Assembly: GCA_904063045.1 (NCBI GenBank)
Contig: CAJFCJ010000007.1
Location: 926,819-990,818, forward strand
Direction: 5' to 3'
Length of the DNA: 64,000 nucleotides
DNA from: Dimorphilus gyrociliatus
Lineage: Eukaryota > Animalia > Annelida
A model generated the notes under the pieces. The model had not been told where the DNA came from and ran no database searches. It saw nothing but the letters and a program-made list of their open reading frames with translations. Positions within the stretch are counted from its first letter, which is position 1. Every line of letters starts with the position of its first letter. This document shows, one piece after another, positions 13,401-25,628 of the stretch. Position numbers and translations under genes: made by a program.

Positions 13401-16400
13401 CGAATAAAAGCGTTTGACAATTTTCACCTACCTGATTCCATCACGTATCTTATCTCAGAACCTCCGTCGGGATCTTCAGCCATAAGCTGATATACACTTG
13501 TACCCGGAGCTGCATTGTGAGGTACAGTTGCACGAAACGGATAGGGAGCATTTTTAAATACAGGAACTTCGTCATTTTCATCTTTGATAGTAATATAAAC
13601 TTCTTGATTGTCGAATACTGCAAATAAAACGTAAATGCATAAGTAATGAAGAATTTTTATTATTTATCATTGCAATAATTGTAACAGAATTTAATAATAA
13701 TTGATAAATTTTTGACAATTGGCTGACTCGCTTTGGGAAAAATCTAAAAAAAGCACAGTCACCTGCTTCCTTCAATATACTAGGGTACACAAAATACACA
13801 GGCGTCGTAAATCAAACAAAGTAACGCTTGCCGAACAAAGGCATCTGAGCGTCTAGTTTAACTGAGTTCCCCTTGGCACTGTTAATACACATTGTCTCGG
13901 AGAACAAAAGCCGTTTGAATAATGTTATCATTAAGCCGGTAAATTATTTAACGAACCGAATTCATCTGGTTTCTATAAGAGAAAAAAATCGAATGGTATC
14001 TATCCAATCAAATATTGTTTATACGATTCGAAAAGCTGTTTAACAGTGAGCTCAGCGCCTAACTTTACTCTGTTAGAACCACACTCTAGGCGAGAATTCA
14101 GAGAACAAGCTATACAGATGGTGTTGACACGTTCCATTGGTGTTTCCCGCAGTGTCAATCGTTCTTTTTCTCTGGATGAAATCGAAAGACGCGAAAAAAA
14201 TCGATTAACGGTACAGTAAAAAAAATACATATTTATTCTATAAAGAACAATCGAGTGCATACAGCCAATTTGCAGCAGACTCGGCGTGGCGCATTTCTAA
14301 CTCTGGGTCGACAAACGCGTGCAGTAGCATACACTGCTGCTGCAGTTACTGTAAGTCTGCAAAACTCTGCGTAATATCAAGCTGAGGGCGAACTTTTTCT
14401 CAAATAATTGGTAATAGGAGGAATAACTGCTCATCAATCTCTCACTTTAGTAAAAGAGGGGAGGACGGCTATTTAATTATCAATTACGGGATTACAGATA
14501 AACTAGATTGAGATTAATGATCGATTGCGTAATGAATAGAAGGGAAAAGAGAGCATCAATATCTCGGACAATAATAAGAAGGCAACAAGTTCTCTTAAGC
14601 ACTTATTTCTTGTATTTCGTAACTTGAGGCGAATCGCTCACGCATTTCGTTATAATATGTAGGTTAAGAGCGCGCAAAGTAAAGCTAGTTCATTAGTCAC
14701 CATAGAGACGGTCGCCGACGCCCGGTTGCGTAACGTACGAATTTCATTACTATGTCGAGTACGTTCGTACGAGCTCCTCCTCTTCAATACTGAACTTTTC
14801 ACCTCTTTGTTGTTTAATTAAAGTAAAGCCTTGCGCGAGAAAGGGTTGGCCGATAACGACCAGTAATAGCGCGTGTCACATTCTTATTATGCTGTTTACC
14901 TTTGGATTAACGGGTGAAAAAGAATAAGCGAGAATAATGATTATTTTCTCACATGCGAATACAGACGGCTCATTAGCCAAATATTAACAGCTTCTTCCTT
15001 TTCAATGTCAATGTAAGCGTCGGGAATCGGCAATTTAATAAGTCTGCTGTAACAAAAACAGGTGCCACATTATTGCAGTCGCATCAAAGGCGGTCATTCA
15101 GAGGTCATGGTCGTGACGCTACATAGAAAACGGAACCCCTGGGACTGCGCTCTCGGCACCTGTCTTTAGCAAGAGCATCTGAAATATCGATTATGCAGAC
15201 AATCCTTAACGCCCGAAATCCTACTACGCGCACGGCATAGACGGTGCATCGTTATCGATTTCTTTTTAACGCGACCGCCGTACAAAATCAAAGTGACGCC
15301 AGAGATTTCTGGACCGTAGCGCGAAAACAGCTAAGACAAAGTACCCACTTTCGTATGATATACGAAAAATTTAACGCCGTCGGCATCACTTACGCTTTCG
15401 TTACCATAGCAACTAGACGCCTACACTGGCAGCGCCACTGCGAAAAATCGCATGGAGGACATTTTCTACGCTAATTACGGAGAGCGTCACGTGATCTGAA
15501 TCGATCGCTGTTTCTATAGGTCAAAGGTGAACGAAGACTGCCCCAAAACAGGTCTCCCTTTAATGTATAAAGTAGAGAGGAACAAAGAGGTGCAATTTGT
15601 TAGAAGTATGTTTTCATCCAAATAGGATTGCGTAACTTGGTTCATTTGAATCGACTGCAACTTATGCAGACACGTGCTATAAACAGTTCATAACTAGTAT
15701 GTGGAAAGCAAATACTCTCGGACTCTATAAAATCTATATATATGTATCGATTTGTTTATACTCCCGCACGTGTCTACAAACATACCAAACACGTCCGATA
15801 GTCCGAGGATATCGATTCAAAACGGAAACATATTAATAAACTTTACTTACTGGAAGGTACACCCCTCTGAGATATTTTCACGGTGAAATTGATTGCTTTT
15901 TTTGTTTCATAATCTAGATAAGATTTCTTGGTTCTTTTGTCAATCTCAACAGATATTTTTCCTGTCATGGGATCAATGCTAAATTCTTTAGGAATCGGCT
16001 CAACAAACTGATACTGCTCCAATTCGGCATTTGTAGGTCTTAAATCAATCACTTCTCCAACATGAGTTTCGCTTATTACCTTTGTCTTTCTCTCTCTTGT
16101 TCCTCGTTTTGATCTTGAACGATCTCTCTTTTCGTTAGCTACCTTAAGATGGATATAGGAAGTACTGCTAGATCGACCAGTATCAGTGCTGGCGTGCACG
16201 GAAAGTAAATACTCCTCATTTTTAGTTAATCCTTTCTGTGCCAAGCGAACAGTACCTGTGTAGCTGTCTATTTCAAACAAAGAATGTTGAGGTCTGAGGG
16301 AATAATAAATTTTAACATCATCAGCGTCTTTTGCTCGCACAGTGATGATTTCACTTTTAATAGGAAGGTTTTTGGGAATGGTTCGATAATAGTCACTCTT

Positions 16401-17036
16401 CTCAAATACTGGTTCGTTGTCTTCTACATCATCAACAGCCACGATAATATCCGAAGAGGCCTCCAAGCCTTCTTCATCTAGATAAGCGAATATTTGAAAA
16501 TTATAAAGTTTTTTCTGCTCTCTATCGAGAGATTTTGTTGTTTTGATTGAGACGCAGCCATTTTCTCTGTGTAAGAAAAAGGAATGAGAATCCTTTTTAA
16601 GCAGTTCATACTTTATTCCGTCATTTTGATTACGATAAGAAGCGCAAACGTTCTCTAAGTTAGCAACAAGGCTATTTCTGGGCTCATTTTCGTAAATATG
16701 ACCAGCGTACACCGTCTGTGGGAAGACTAGCATATATCTAGCATCCTTTACTGTTATATGTAGCTCTTTGAACCAATTCCGACCATTCAATGATTTTCGA
16801 ATAATAACTTTAAAACTTTCGCCTTTAAGATGGCTTATATCTTCTATAATCCTAACAATTCCATCAGGAGAAATATCCACTCGACGACCTATATCCGAAT
16901 CGTGTATATAGAATTCCTCGCTCCAAGAGAAAGGGTATCTTATAACTTCATAACCGTAGCCGGCTGTATGCGGAACGTCTACTTGTTCGCAGAAAGTTCT
17001 AACAGCTAAAAATAGCAGCAAAGCGAGACGGTTCAT
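1453..17036 (-). CDS. CadN: Neural cadherin (DN-cadherin / type III classical cadherin), about 2987 aa, 10 coding exons
   Basis: Hand-spliced GT-AG exons with consistent phase: 17036-15851, 13617-13432, 12693-12112, 11922-11811, 11219-11078, 9723-6335, 5941-5835, 5761-5549, 4561-4450, 4387-1453 (8964 nt). Contains a signal peptide, an RSKR furin-like site and many EC repeats (DxNDNxP, LDRE, DxD). These are followed by a non-chordate domain, EGF-LamG-EGF-LamG-EGF, a TM segment (IFGIIFCILAIAVLVIILILIVY) and a beta-catenin-binding tail (YAYEGEGS...YDYLGEWGPRFQRLADMY). Confidence 0.93.
10868..10879 (-). other. Candidate 12-nt in-frame micro-exon (FMNE) in cadherin intron 5
   Basis: Minus strand reads tttgacgtatctttttcag|TTCATGAACGAG|gtaaat: branch-point-like TTGAC, pyrimidine tract, CAG acceptor and a good donor. 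The host intron is phase 0. Confidence 0.45.
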
Positions 17037-17320
17037 GAGCGATAAATGGCGAGAGGCGTCTAATTGCGTTTAGTCATTCGAAATTGTTCTTTTTACCGAA
17101 TAAAACAAACTTATCGTAGATTCTTTTATAAAGCAATCTTGAATATCCAACAATTTTCATTTCATGTATATATCCGGATAAAGAGGAAAAATTTAACAAA
17201 AAAAAATCTTCGTATCCTTTATTGTTCGTGCCGCGAACAGTGAGCGCACACTGCTTAGCTGCGCGCGGGTATAATTTACTCCCTTCTGGTGTTCCAGCGC
17301 ACGGCTACTCCCTCTTACAG

Positions 17321-17329
17321 CGCCATCTA
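17321..17329 (-). promoter_or_regulatory. TAGATGGCG(CTG) CTCF/YY1-like motif upstream of cadherin
   Basis: Exact copy of the recurrent 9-mer, about 285 nt upstream of the cadherin ATG. Confidence 0.5.
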
Positions 17330-17710
17330 TGATGTTTGGATGTTATATTTAATTAAAAAGAATGCTCTCTTTTTCGTCTACGTCAACTATTGAAATATAC
17401 ACTTTCATTAAGATCTCTTACACATAAATATTTATTTTCGTTAATACTATATATATATATATTATATGAGATAGCGAGAATTATATATTGTTTCTAAAAA
17501 ACAAAAGTAAGGCATCACTCCAAATGAAGCACGTATAAAAAAGAACTTGTAAACAAATGAATAAGTTTAGCATTCTAAAAGTACAAATATAAGCAAGCAC
17601 GTAAAAAGCTCAGGTGAAATAGATAAAGGTAATAAGATTGGGTTAGAGATAGATAAACTATGTCCATACGAATTCCAAAGAGTATTGACAACAAGCAAGA
17701 GTAGGATTAT

Positions 17711-20700
17711 TTATCCGGATTTCGTTTGATGTAGAGCCTGTATAATATATATACATATATAAAAAGTTTTAGTAATAGATTTATAAGACATAAAAAAACT
17801 ATAAATTTACCAAATGTATATTTAAAATACAATAAAATTAGAAATGTGCTTGCTTAAAAGAGAGTGTTAACTTTCACTCATTAACAATATATGGAAACTA
17901 TCATAATAAATAATTGCTGAATAATAAAAAAAAATAATGAAAATAGTAGATGAAAGATTTTCTATCTTTATATTTATGATTAAGAAAATAGGCCAATTAA
18001 AATATCTATATTCTATATAAATAGTAATTAACTTTTGTAAGAGAAAAAAGGAAATTTCTTTTTTTTATATGTTGAACGGATTTGATTGATTTTTTTTTAT
18101 ATATATATATTTAGGTGTAAAAAACCTATTAATTTTATATTTTAATATGATAAATAATTGAATAGATGGAGAAAACTTTATCAGAAAAATATATTATAAA
18201 AATAGAATAGTTATACAAACCGTTGTAATATCGACACCAGTCATAGATTTAATAACTTTGGGTAACTTTTCTACAATATCTATAACTTCTTCAGTCAGTT
18301 TGGATGCGCCCACTTCGCTGTTTCCGCTGGAAACCATAACTACTTTTTTGGTTTTTGTCAGCGGTTGCGCAATTTCTTCAGCAACTTTTGGCAGCGTTTC
18401 AAGCATCATCTCCACAAGAGCAGCATCCTTGTATTCTTTCCAAGCTTCCGCTTTCTTCGCCATCTGCTCAGCTTCCGCCTTAGCTTTTACCTGTATAGCG
18501 TAAGCTTTTGCTTCACCCTTTATTCTAATCGATTCGGACTGGGCCTGTGCTTCGAGTACAACTCTACTCTTATTAGCAGAGGCAATTTTCTCTAGACGAT
18601 ATCTTTCGGCTTCGGCAGGCTTTCTAACTGTGGCGTCTAATTCTCTCTCCCGTCTTATAATTTCCTGTTCTTGAACGTGAATCTCTCGATCTCTTTCAAT
18701 AACCTCGACCTGTTTATTTTCCTCTCTACATTTGATAAAAAGAGGATTATTGTAATAACGCTAAAAGCTTTATAGGAGATTAAACTTACCTGATTAGTTG
18801 TTTTGTTTTAGCAGCTTGAAGACTATAGCTTAATTCAGATTTAGCTTTCTTTCCTTGAATTTCCATATCATATTCAGCATTTTTAATCTTAAAGTCCCTT
18901 TCCGCCTTAGCAATGTCGATATCATTCTTATAGCGAGCAGCCATTTTTAGTTCGTTTGCTTCTGCTTCCTGTTTTCGAGTAATATTTATATTTAATAACG
19001 AGTTTTACATGGAAGCGTAAAGAACAGATAGGAGAAAAACGGTTTCCAAATGATTTTAGGTATAAATTATTGCGTAGCATTAGGCTTTGGGAATCATACA
19101 AATAAAATCAAGAGTTGTTGAGTTGTCCAATCATTTATTTTTAACTACTTAAAAACAAGTTTTTTAATATTTACACGAAATCTATCCACTTAATTATTTA
19201 CACACACATCTAGAAGCTCGTAGTGATAAACAATTCTGTTGCTTAATATCTAATTATTGCTTCAAATGTTGTACGGTATCAGGAACACTTTATTATAAAC
19301 TATATGCGTACAAGGGGAGACTATTCATATTATATTAATTAAAAAGTATTTAAGAAATACAAGATATTTCTTTATAATCGTGATTTTTAGAATACAAGCG
19401 TGGAAAAAATCCCAGAGAAAATATTATATCTTCATTACATTAGTCATTAAAACAGCTGCGTCGGCAAGTGTTTTTCTGATACACAATTAGCAAAGTACCA
19501 ACACGATTAAATATTCATAGTTACTTTAATATAACTATCTCAATAGGTGCTGGCAATGGGATCTATTTTATGGAAAATAGAAACCTTCTTTTTTAAGGAA
19601 GTAAATTACATTCACAGCTATTTCTCTCTTACAGATAGGAAAATGCCTTCAATCCTTACAATTAATAAATATATTGACTAGTTAATAACAAATAACAGCA
19701 TCTTATAACTAATATCATTTTCTCGCTTTTCCGGAGCAAAACACTTTTCCTTACAGGAAATTCATTCAGAGGAATAATCCAATTAGAATGAATGACATTG
19801 ACTACAGGCGAGAGAGTACTATTGACTAAGAAAATTCTTTCTAAGCCTATTGGTCATCAGAATCACTTATCAAGGCAATATATTTACTAGGTGATACTAT
19901 TACAAATTGTATAATCAATTTGGATATGTCAGAGCTTGTTTTTAAAAATTGAAAGAAATCAAATATTAATTGTTATTGGCAAAAAAACCGGATAAGATAC
20001 AAGTAATTATACTTAATTAGATAAAAAGAACATTCGATATATTATTTTAAGACTAAGACTATAATCTTAAGATTTGTTTGTTATATTTTTTACTTATCAA
20101 AGATTGGTATGTCGCATGTAGTACTCACTGTATACAGTATACTCAAGCACTAATCTAAAGATAATAGGATAGTTTTCTTTTCTTAATAATATAATCAAAT
20201 TTAATTAGTTCTATACAAGACTGGTAATTTGCACCGTTTTATCTACTAACAGACAATTTTGTAAATCTTATTAAAATTTAGTTTAGTTTTCTTTTACAAT
20301 GTCAGCTGGCTGTCATTCACTTTAAACAGCGTTTCAATCAAGTATTCTGTGTGCTGCTGGTCAACATATCTTAAAAAATAGAACTCCTTATTAAGTGTAG
20401 TGATTGACGCTGAAAACTATTCTAAACAAGAAGTTACTAAATAACTGAAAAATACATTTTGTTTTCAACTCAACACTCTGTAATAGTAATATATCTTATT
20501 TCCATTCATTTAGCATTGTAAGCTTAGTTTTGAATGGTCGTTTTTTATTGATGATGGCGTAAACAGATTCTTAAGCTCTGTAAAATTCTATTTCTAATTT
20601 GTGTCATTCCATTGACCAGGCTAATGATAACTTTGTTAACTAAGTACAGTAATAAGATTAATTGGGATTAATGAAATATTTATATACTCTCTATATAAAA

Positions 20701-22952
20701 TACTTTTACAGCGATTTTCAAAGATTAAATTTAGTTTAAAACATTATTTTTACTAATATGTCACCTTAATTGTGGCATCTCTAAGAGCTTCAGCTTCACC
20801 GATTTTAGCGTCACGTTTAACTTGAGCCGTCCTGGCCTGACCCAAGGCTTTCAAGTAGCCCTAAGAAGCAAGAAAAAACACAAAAATTTTATACAACAAA
20901 TCTAGGCAAATCAAAAAAGCAATAGTATAGCAAAAAAAAAATAAAACGTATGGTGGTGGACTTAATTTTAAGGAAAAAAAACTAGACTTTAATGGCAGCG
21001 TCCCTCCTCGAAATAGCTTCCCCTATTAAAGCATCTCTTTTAACTTCAGCTGTTCTTTTCTTTCCTAAACTTTCGATATAGCCCTGTATAGTTTTGCTAA
21101 AATCTTAAAAAATGCATTTATTATATAATTTATAAATTTTAAATGATGTTTATAGTTTATCGTTAGATTTCTTTGCTAAGAATAAAACATTAATTAAGAA
21201 TAACAAAATTCTATGAGAAAAAAAATAATTCAACATTAAACGTATAGATAATATTACCTCGTCGTCTCGAATATCTTTGATAGTGTAACTGACAACCATA
21301 ATTCCCATTTGGATCAGATCGGACGAGGCTTCATCGAATACTGATTTCGAAAACTTTTTTCTGTCCTTGTATATTTCCTAGAATGAGGGGGAAAACGAAG
21401 ATTTCATTAATATTAAATCTTCCTGTTGGACAGAAAAGGCGGAAAATGAAGTCCCTAATAGATGAAAATTTGCTCTAGATATAATTTACAAAATGACTGT
21501 AATCTATCATCTATTAGAAACAATGTTTTAACTACTTGCAGGAGAATTTACAAAGCAAAAATAATGAATGAAAAAAAATTTAGAAGCTGGCTGACACACC
21601 TCCACTGTCATGTTACCCATAATTGCTCTTTGATGACCTTCCAGGGTTTCTTGGGAGATTGAAGCAACTTCTCTTTCAGATTTTCCAAGAAAGTGTTGGC
21701 AGGCTGCCTCTAACATGTCTCTGTTACTTCCCTGAATTTTTACCTGAAATATTTTGGATGCAGTAGACAAAAAAAGACAGCTATAACTAAAGAAGGGTGG
21801 AATTGAACACGAACGACGGAAAACAACAAATTTGTCGAGCAATTGGCACCTTGACCGACATATTTCCCATTATAGCTCGTTGATGTCCTTCAAGAGTTTC
21901 TTGGGCTATTTTTCTAATTTCAACATCAGGTTTGCCAAGAAATAGCTGGCAAGCAGTTGCTAGCATGTCACGATTTTGACTGTGAATCTTGACCTTAATT
22001 AGTGCCAATTATTTAATATAACAATTGCCGATATTTTTGTTGTAGAGTGTAGTTCAGCGTAATAATAATTAAAATTAGTTTAAAGATAGTATACAGTATA
22101 TACCTGAGCAATGCCCGTAACTGATACGGCAACGCCATGTTGTGTGTAAACTTGAGGCGATTCAATCGTCAGAGTCATGGTATTCAGGGATATTCTGTGG
22201 ATGAATGATGTTCATTAGTTATAATTCAAGTTTACAGCTTTTATTGTATTTATAGTATATAGTAATTTCTTTAATAAAGATCTTGTTGGTATTATAGTCT
22301 AATTAAAAACAAAGTATGTGCATAGCATAGCAAAATTCTTATCAGTGGGAAAATATTAGTAGTAGCTTTAAGTTAGAGATTTGGAAAATATGAATCATAA
22401 TATCGAATTTAGAGTTTGCAAGAGAATTTTACCTCTGAATCTGTTGTATTATCGGCCAAACGAAGACTCTCCCTCCTGGCACCAATTGGGGTCGATCTAG
22501 GCAGCATCCTCCTGTACAAATTAGAAAAATTGTTCGTTAGATTGTTTTGGTCGAATTTCAATTTAAAAAAGCCTCTTTATTGTACCCGATTTCACCAAAA
22601 CTTCGTTAGGACCACTAGAATGACAACACATACATTGGCCCATTTTTGCAAATAGTATTGATAAGCAATGAACCCTTTATGTTTAATGTAACCTCGGTTA
22701 AGAAAATAAGTATTGAAATGATAACAGAATAGTCTGGTTGTGAAACGGATTACTCCATATAAGCTGAAAACCTGTTTATATATTGTTTGATGGGCAGCAT
22801 GATAAGAAAACAGGTATTTTAACAGTTTATCTTGAAGAAACCGATAATACTATCGCGCCGCCATGTTGTTTAAATATTTGAGCATTTTTAGACGATTTCC
22901 TACCTGAAACTACCATTGCTTCATTGGGACCGCAGACATGGAAAAGAGGCAT
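17711..22952 (-). CDS. FLOT1: Flotillin-1 (SPFH + flotillin domain), about 430 aa, with three duplicated exon pairs
   Basis: Exons: 1a 22952-22904 or 1b 22643-22586; 22511-22433; 22194-22104; 4a 21993-21850 or 4b 21743-21600; 21377-21258; 6a 21083-20988 or 6b 20860-20765; 18968-18790; 18725-18221; 17737-17711. FLOT1-diagnostic motifs: [47 protein letters not shown]. Confidence 0.93.
20765..20860 (-). CDS. FLOT1: Flotillin exon 6b ([32 protein letters not shown]), 96 nt
   Basis: cttag|GGC...AAG|gtgaca; phase 0-0; paralogous to exon 6a. Confidence 0.88.
20988..21083 (-). CDS. FLOT1: Flotillin exon 6a ([32 protein letters not shown]), 96 nt
   Basis: tacag|GGC...AAA|gtctag; same length and phase as 6b; open frame; weak donor. 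Confidence 0.8.
21600..21743 (-). CDS. FLOT1: Flotillin exon 4b ([48 protein letters not shown]), 144 nt
   Basis: ttcag|GTA...GAG|gtgtgt; phase 0-0; visible within ORF 21528..21842. Confidence 0.88.
21850..21993 (-). CDS. FLOT1: Flotillin exon 4a ([48 protein letters not shown]), 144 nt
   Basis: ttaag|GTC...AAG|gtgcca; same length and phase as 4b; visible within ORF 21787..22008. Confidence 0.85.
22586..22643 (-). CDS. FLOT1: Flotillin alternative first exon 1b ([20 protein letters not shown])
   Basis: ATG at 22643; ends TCG G|gtacaa (phase 1), which joins exon 2 in frame; GPNE motif conserved. Confidence 0.78.
22857..22868 (-). promoter_or_regulatory. YY1-like motif CAACATGGCGGC between flotillin exons 1a and 1b (candidate internal promoter)
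   Basis: Near match to the YY1 consensus CAARATGGCGGC, in a CpG-rich patch about 215 nt upstream of the exon 1b ATG. Confidence 0.45.
22904..22952 (-). CDS. FLOT1: Flotillin alternative first exon 1a ([17 protein letters not shown])
   Basis: ATG at 22952; ends TCA G|gtagga (phase 1); matches the canonical FLOT1 N-terminus [11 protein letters not shown]. Confidence 0.88.
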
Positions 22953-23845
22953 CTTATTGTAGGTTAATGATATCTTGTTTAAGAGATGATTTATAAATAT
23001 GTAATATTTGGGAAAAATTTAGTAAGGAAAGGGGTCAAGGACAGTTTGCGTCATCTAGTGGGCAAAAAATTTCAGAATAAATTTGCTCCATATTCCATAC
23101 TTATACGCCATCTGTATCAATGAATACTATAGCAGCTTAGTAGCAGGGAGAGAGAAAGAGAGAAAGGTAAAGAAAAATCGAAGAATAAGAAGTAAGAATA
23201 TTTAGAAAACATTTTCGCTGTATTCTCTAAAATATATCAGAACAACATCTGGTAAAACAATATACTACAGAAACGACACAACTTATACTGAGCAAAATTT
23301 TCCATTTTTTTTCCCTACCCCAAGCTTTCTCAAAAAATTGTTCTTATTGAGTTCTATTTACTTTTTTTGCCCTGTAATTGTTATTTTATTCCCCTATTTT
23401 CTCCCCTCTCCCTTCCAACAAGAAAAAAACATTTCATTTTCACAGCAAAAAACGTGCCAAAATGTATAATAACTATTTGACATAATTTTACCATTATTCT
23501 ATCCTTTTTCCGAAACAAACAAGTTCCTCTTCTCCTTCAAATCCTACTTTTGTTTATTCATTATGAAAAATTTATGAAAAAATATAAATCTTTTATTTAT
23601 ATTTTATATTTTTTTAAAAAAAAAAATAATAAAAAATAAGATTTTGATTTATTGTTTTTGTTTATTAACTTCATTATTATTATTATTATTATTTAGCTGT
23701 AAATAACAAGTTATTTTCCCTTTTCTTTTCCGAATAGGAAAATTGAACGGAAGGATAAAAAAATGGTAAAAAAATCGAAAATAGTAAGCCGATACCATCC
23801 CTACCCTGAGGGGGACTTTAAAACGATTTCTCTTTTCTTTTATTT

Positions 23846-25594
23846 TTAAAGTAAATCCGTAACATTGTTCTTCGAACCGAACACTTTAGCTAATTGCTCT
23901 TCATAGGCTGCTGCATTTCTCTTCATAATATCCTTGCAGGGTCCCAATAACCGCGTAAAATCGTCTCTTGGTAATTTTGCCACCCTAGTCGATCCGACTG
24001 CGATGACCGTTGCTGCTCGAGGTTGGTCAGTGATAAGAGCTAATTCTGTTGATAGAAATTCAGGAATCGTAAAAAGCTTTCCACACGAAATTGAAAGTGA
24101 TTTGAGTATTTAAATAAAACTGTTTTAAATCATCTTAACTATTTAATCAGAATAAAAATAGTACGTTTTATATCTTTCTTATAGTGAGACGTTAATGACA
24201 ATGTAAACACAAGTAAATCTATTAACTATAAATAGTATAAACTACATACCTCCAAAATAGCCTCCCGGTTGCACCCTGCTAACTTCTTTCTGTTCCGCTT
24301 GATGCTATTAAAGAAAGAGTATTTCCTTTTATAATGCGAAGATTGGAAGAAAGAGAAACCTCTTAAAAAACTTACAGCCTGCTTAACCAGGCACCTGACG
24401 GCGCCCTTTTCAACGAAGTACATAGAATCCGCCTCATCATCCTGTTTTATAATCACTTCACCATCTAAATAATCTTTACTTTGTAATGCGTAAGCCACGT
24501 TATTTCGTTCATAAAGCGTCAATTCCTGGAAGAGAGGAACCTTTTGCAGAAGATCTTCATACTGCTTTAATTTTAAATGAGTAGATTTGATAACTATCCT
24601 TCTAAATGTTTGTCTGTCCATAGCCCATAGCTTGCCAGCGGTTTTTGATAGAATACAAACTGCCCTGGGAGTATTATACATCAAGGCTAATTCTCCAAAA
24701 AAACCTTCATTATCATAAATCTTTGGAGGTTCTGTTTCTTTAAATTCACCATTCTCTTCACTTAACCGAAAAGCAGCAAAGACCCCCTTTTCCACAACAT
24801 ACATATAGTCGCCGTCGTCATCCTCTTTAATTATAACTTCTTCGGGACCTTCGACAACCTTTTCAAACATAGCATCAATAAGCTGTTCCATTTGCTCTGT
24901 ATCTAAATGTCTGAAGTAGAAGCAGTTTTGAAGCGTCGCCTTAAGACGTTGTCGTTGAGAATCAGTTTTTGGATAGACTGTCAAAGGCGTCTCATCCGTA
25001 TCAGTTTCGGGGTCATAGCGTTCGGCAGCAACTGATTTACGTCGACCTACTGTTCTAGCTGGACCTAAAAAGAGAGATAAAAACGAATGTGAGTAGGAGG
25101 AGGAACAAAGCATTTTAACAAAAAAAAAATTGAAAAGAAAAAAGGGTAGAAGGAAAGAAAAGAACTAGAACGTTGAACTTTCTAATTGAGGTTGCAGGCG
25201 TTACTTATTCTTTGTTATACTTATATATGCTTTTGGCACGTTTTTTTCAATAGCGAAGGGCTACAAAAACTCGGATATTTAGAACGGACTTTAATAGCGA
25301 TACTTAAACAACCCTTAATGTAATTCATATACTATACTAAAACTAGGTTTAGAATTTCTAATTACAACATCAACTACATAATGAAGTTTGCTTTATACAA
25401 TCTTTCTCTTTATAATATTTTATGCGGCTCATATTCTAATTCAACTTTAAAAGAAATATATTCATTAAGAAATCTCCGCCTTCATATTCTATAAATAAGT
25501 TAATTACTGCTCATTACAAAATAACATATATACATATTTCTATATGCTGAGCTAAGCGAAAATAGATGTTTTCCAAAATGTTTACAAATAAATT

Positions 25595-25628
<34 letters not shown>

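Noticed and set aside
9724-15850. Drosophila-style mutually exclusive exon duplicates in the N-cadherin introns
   Set aside because: I read the long introns for duplicated cadherin motifs and found none; only the 12-nt micro-exon candidate.
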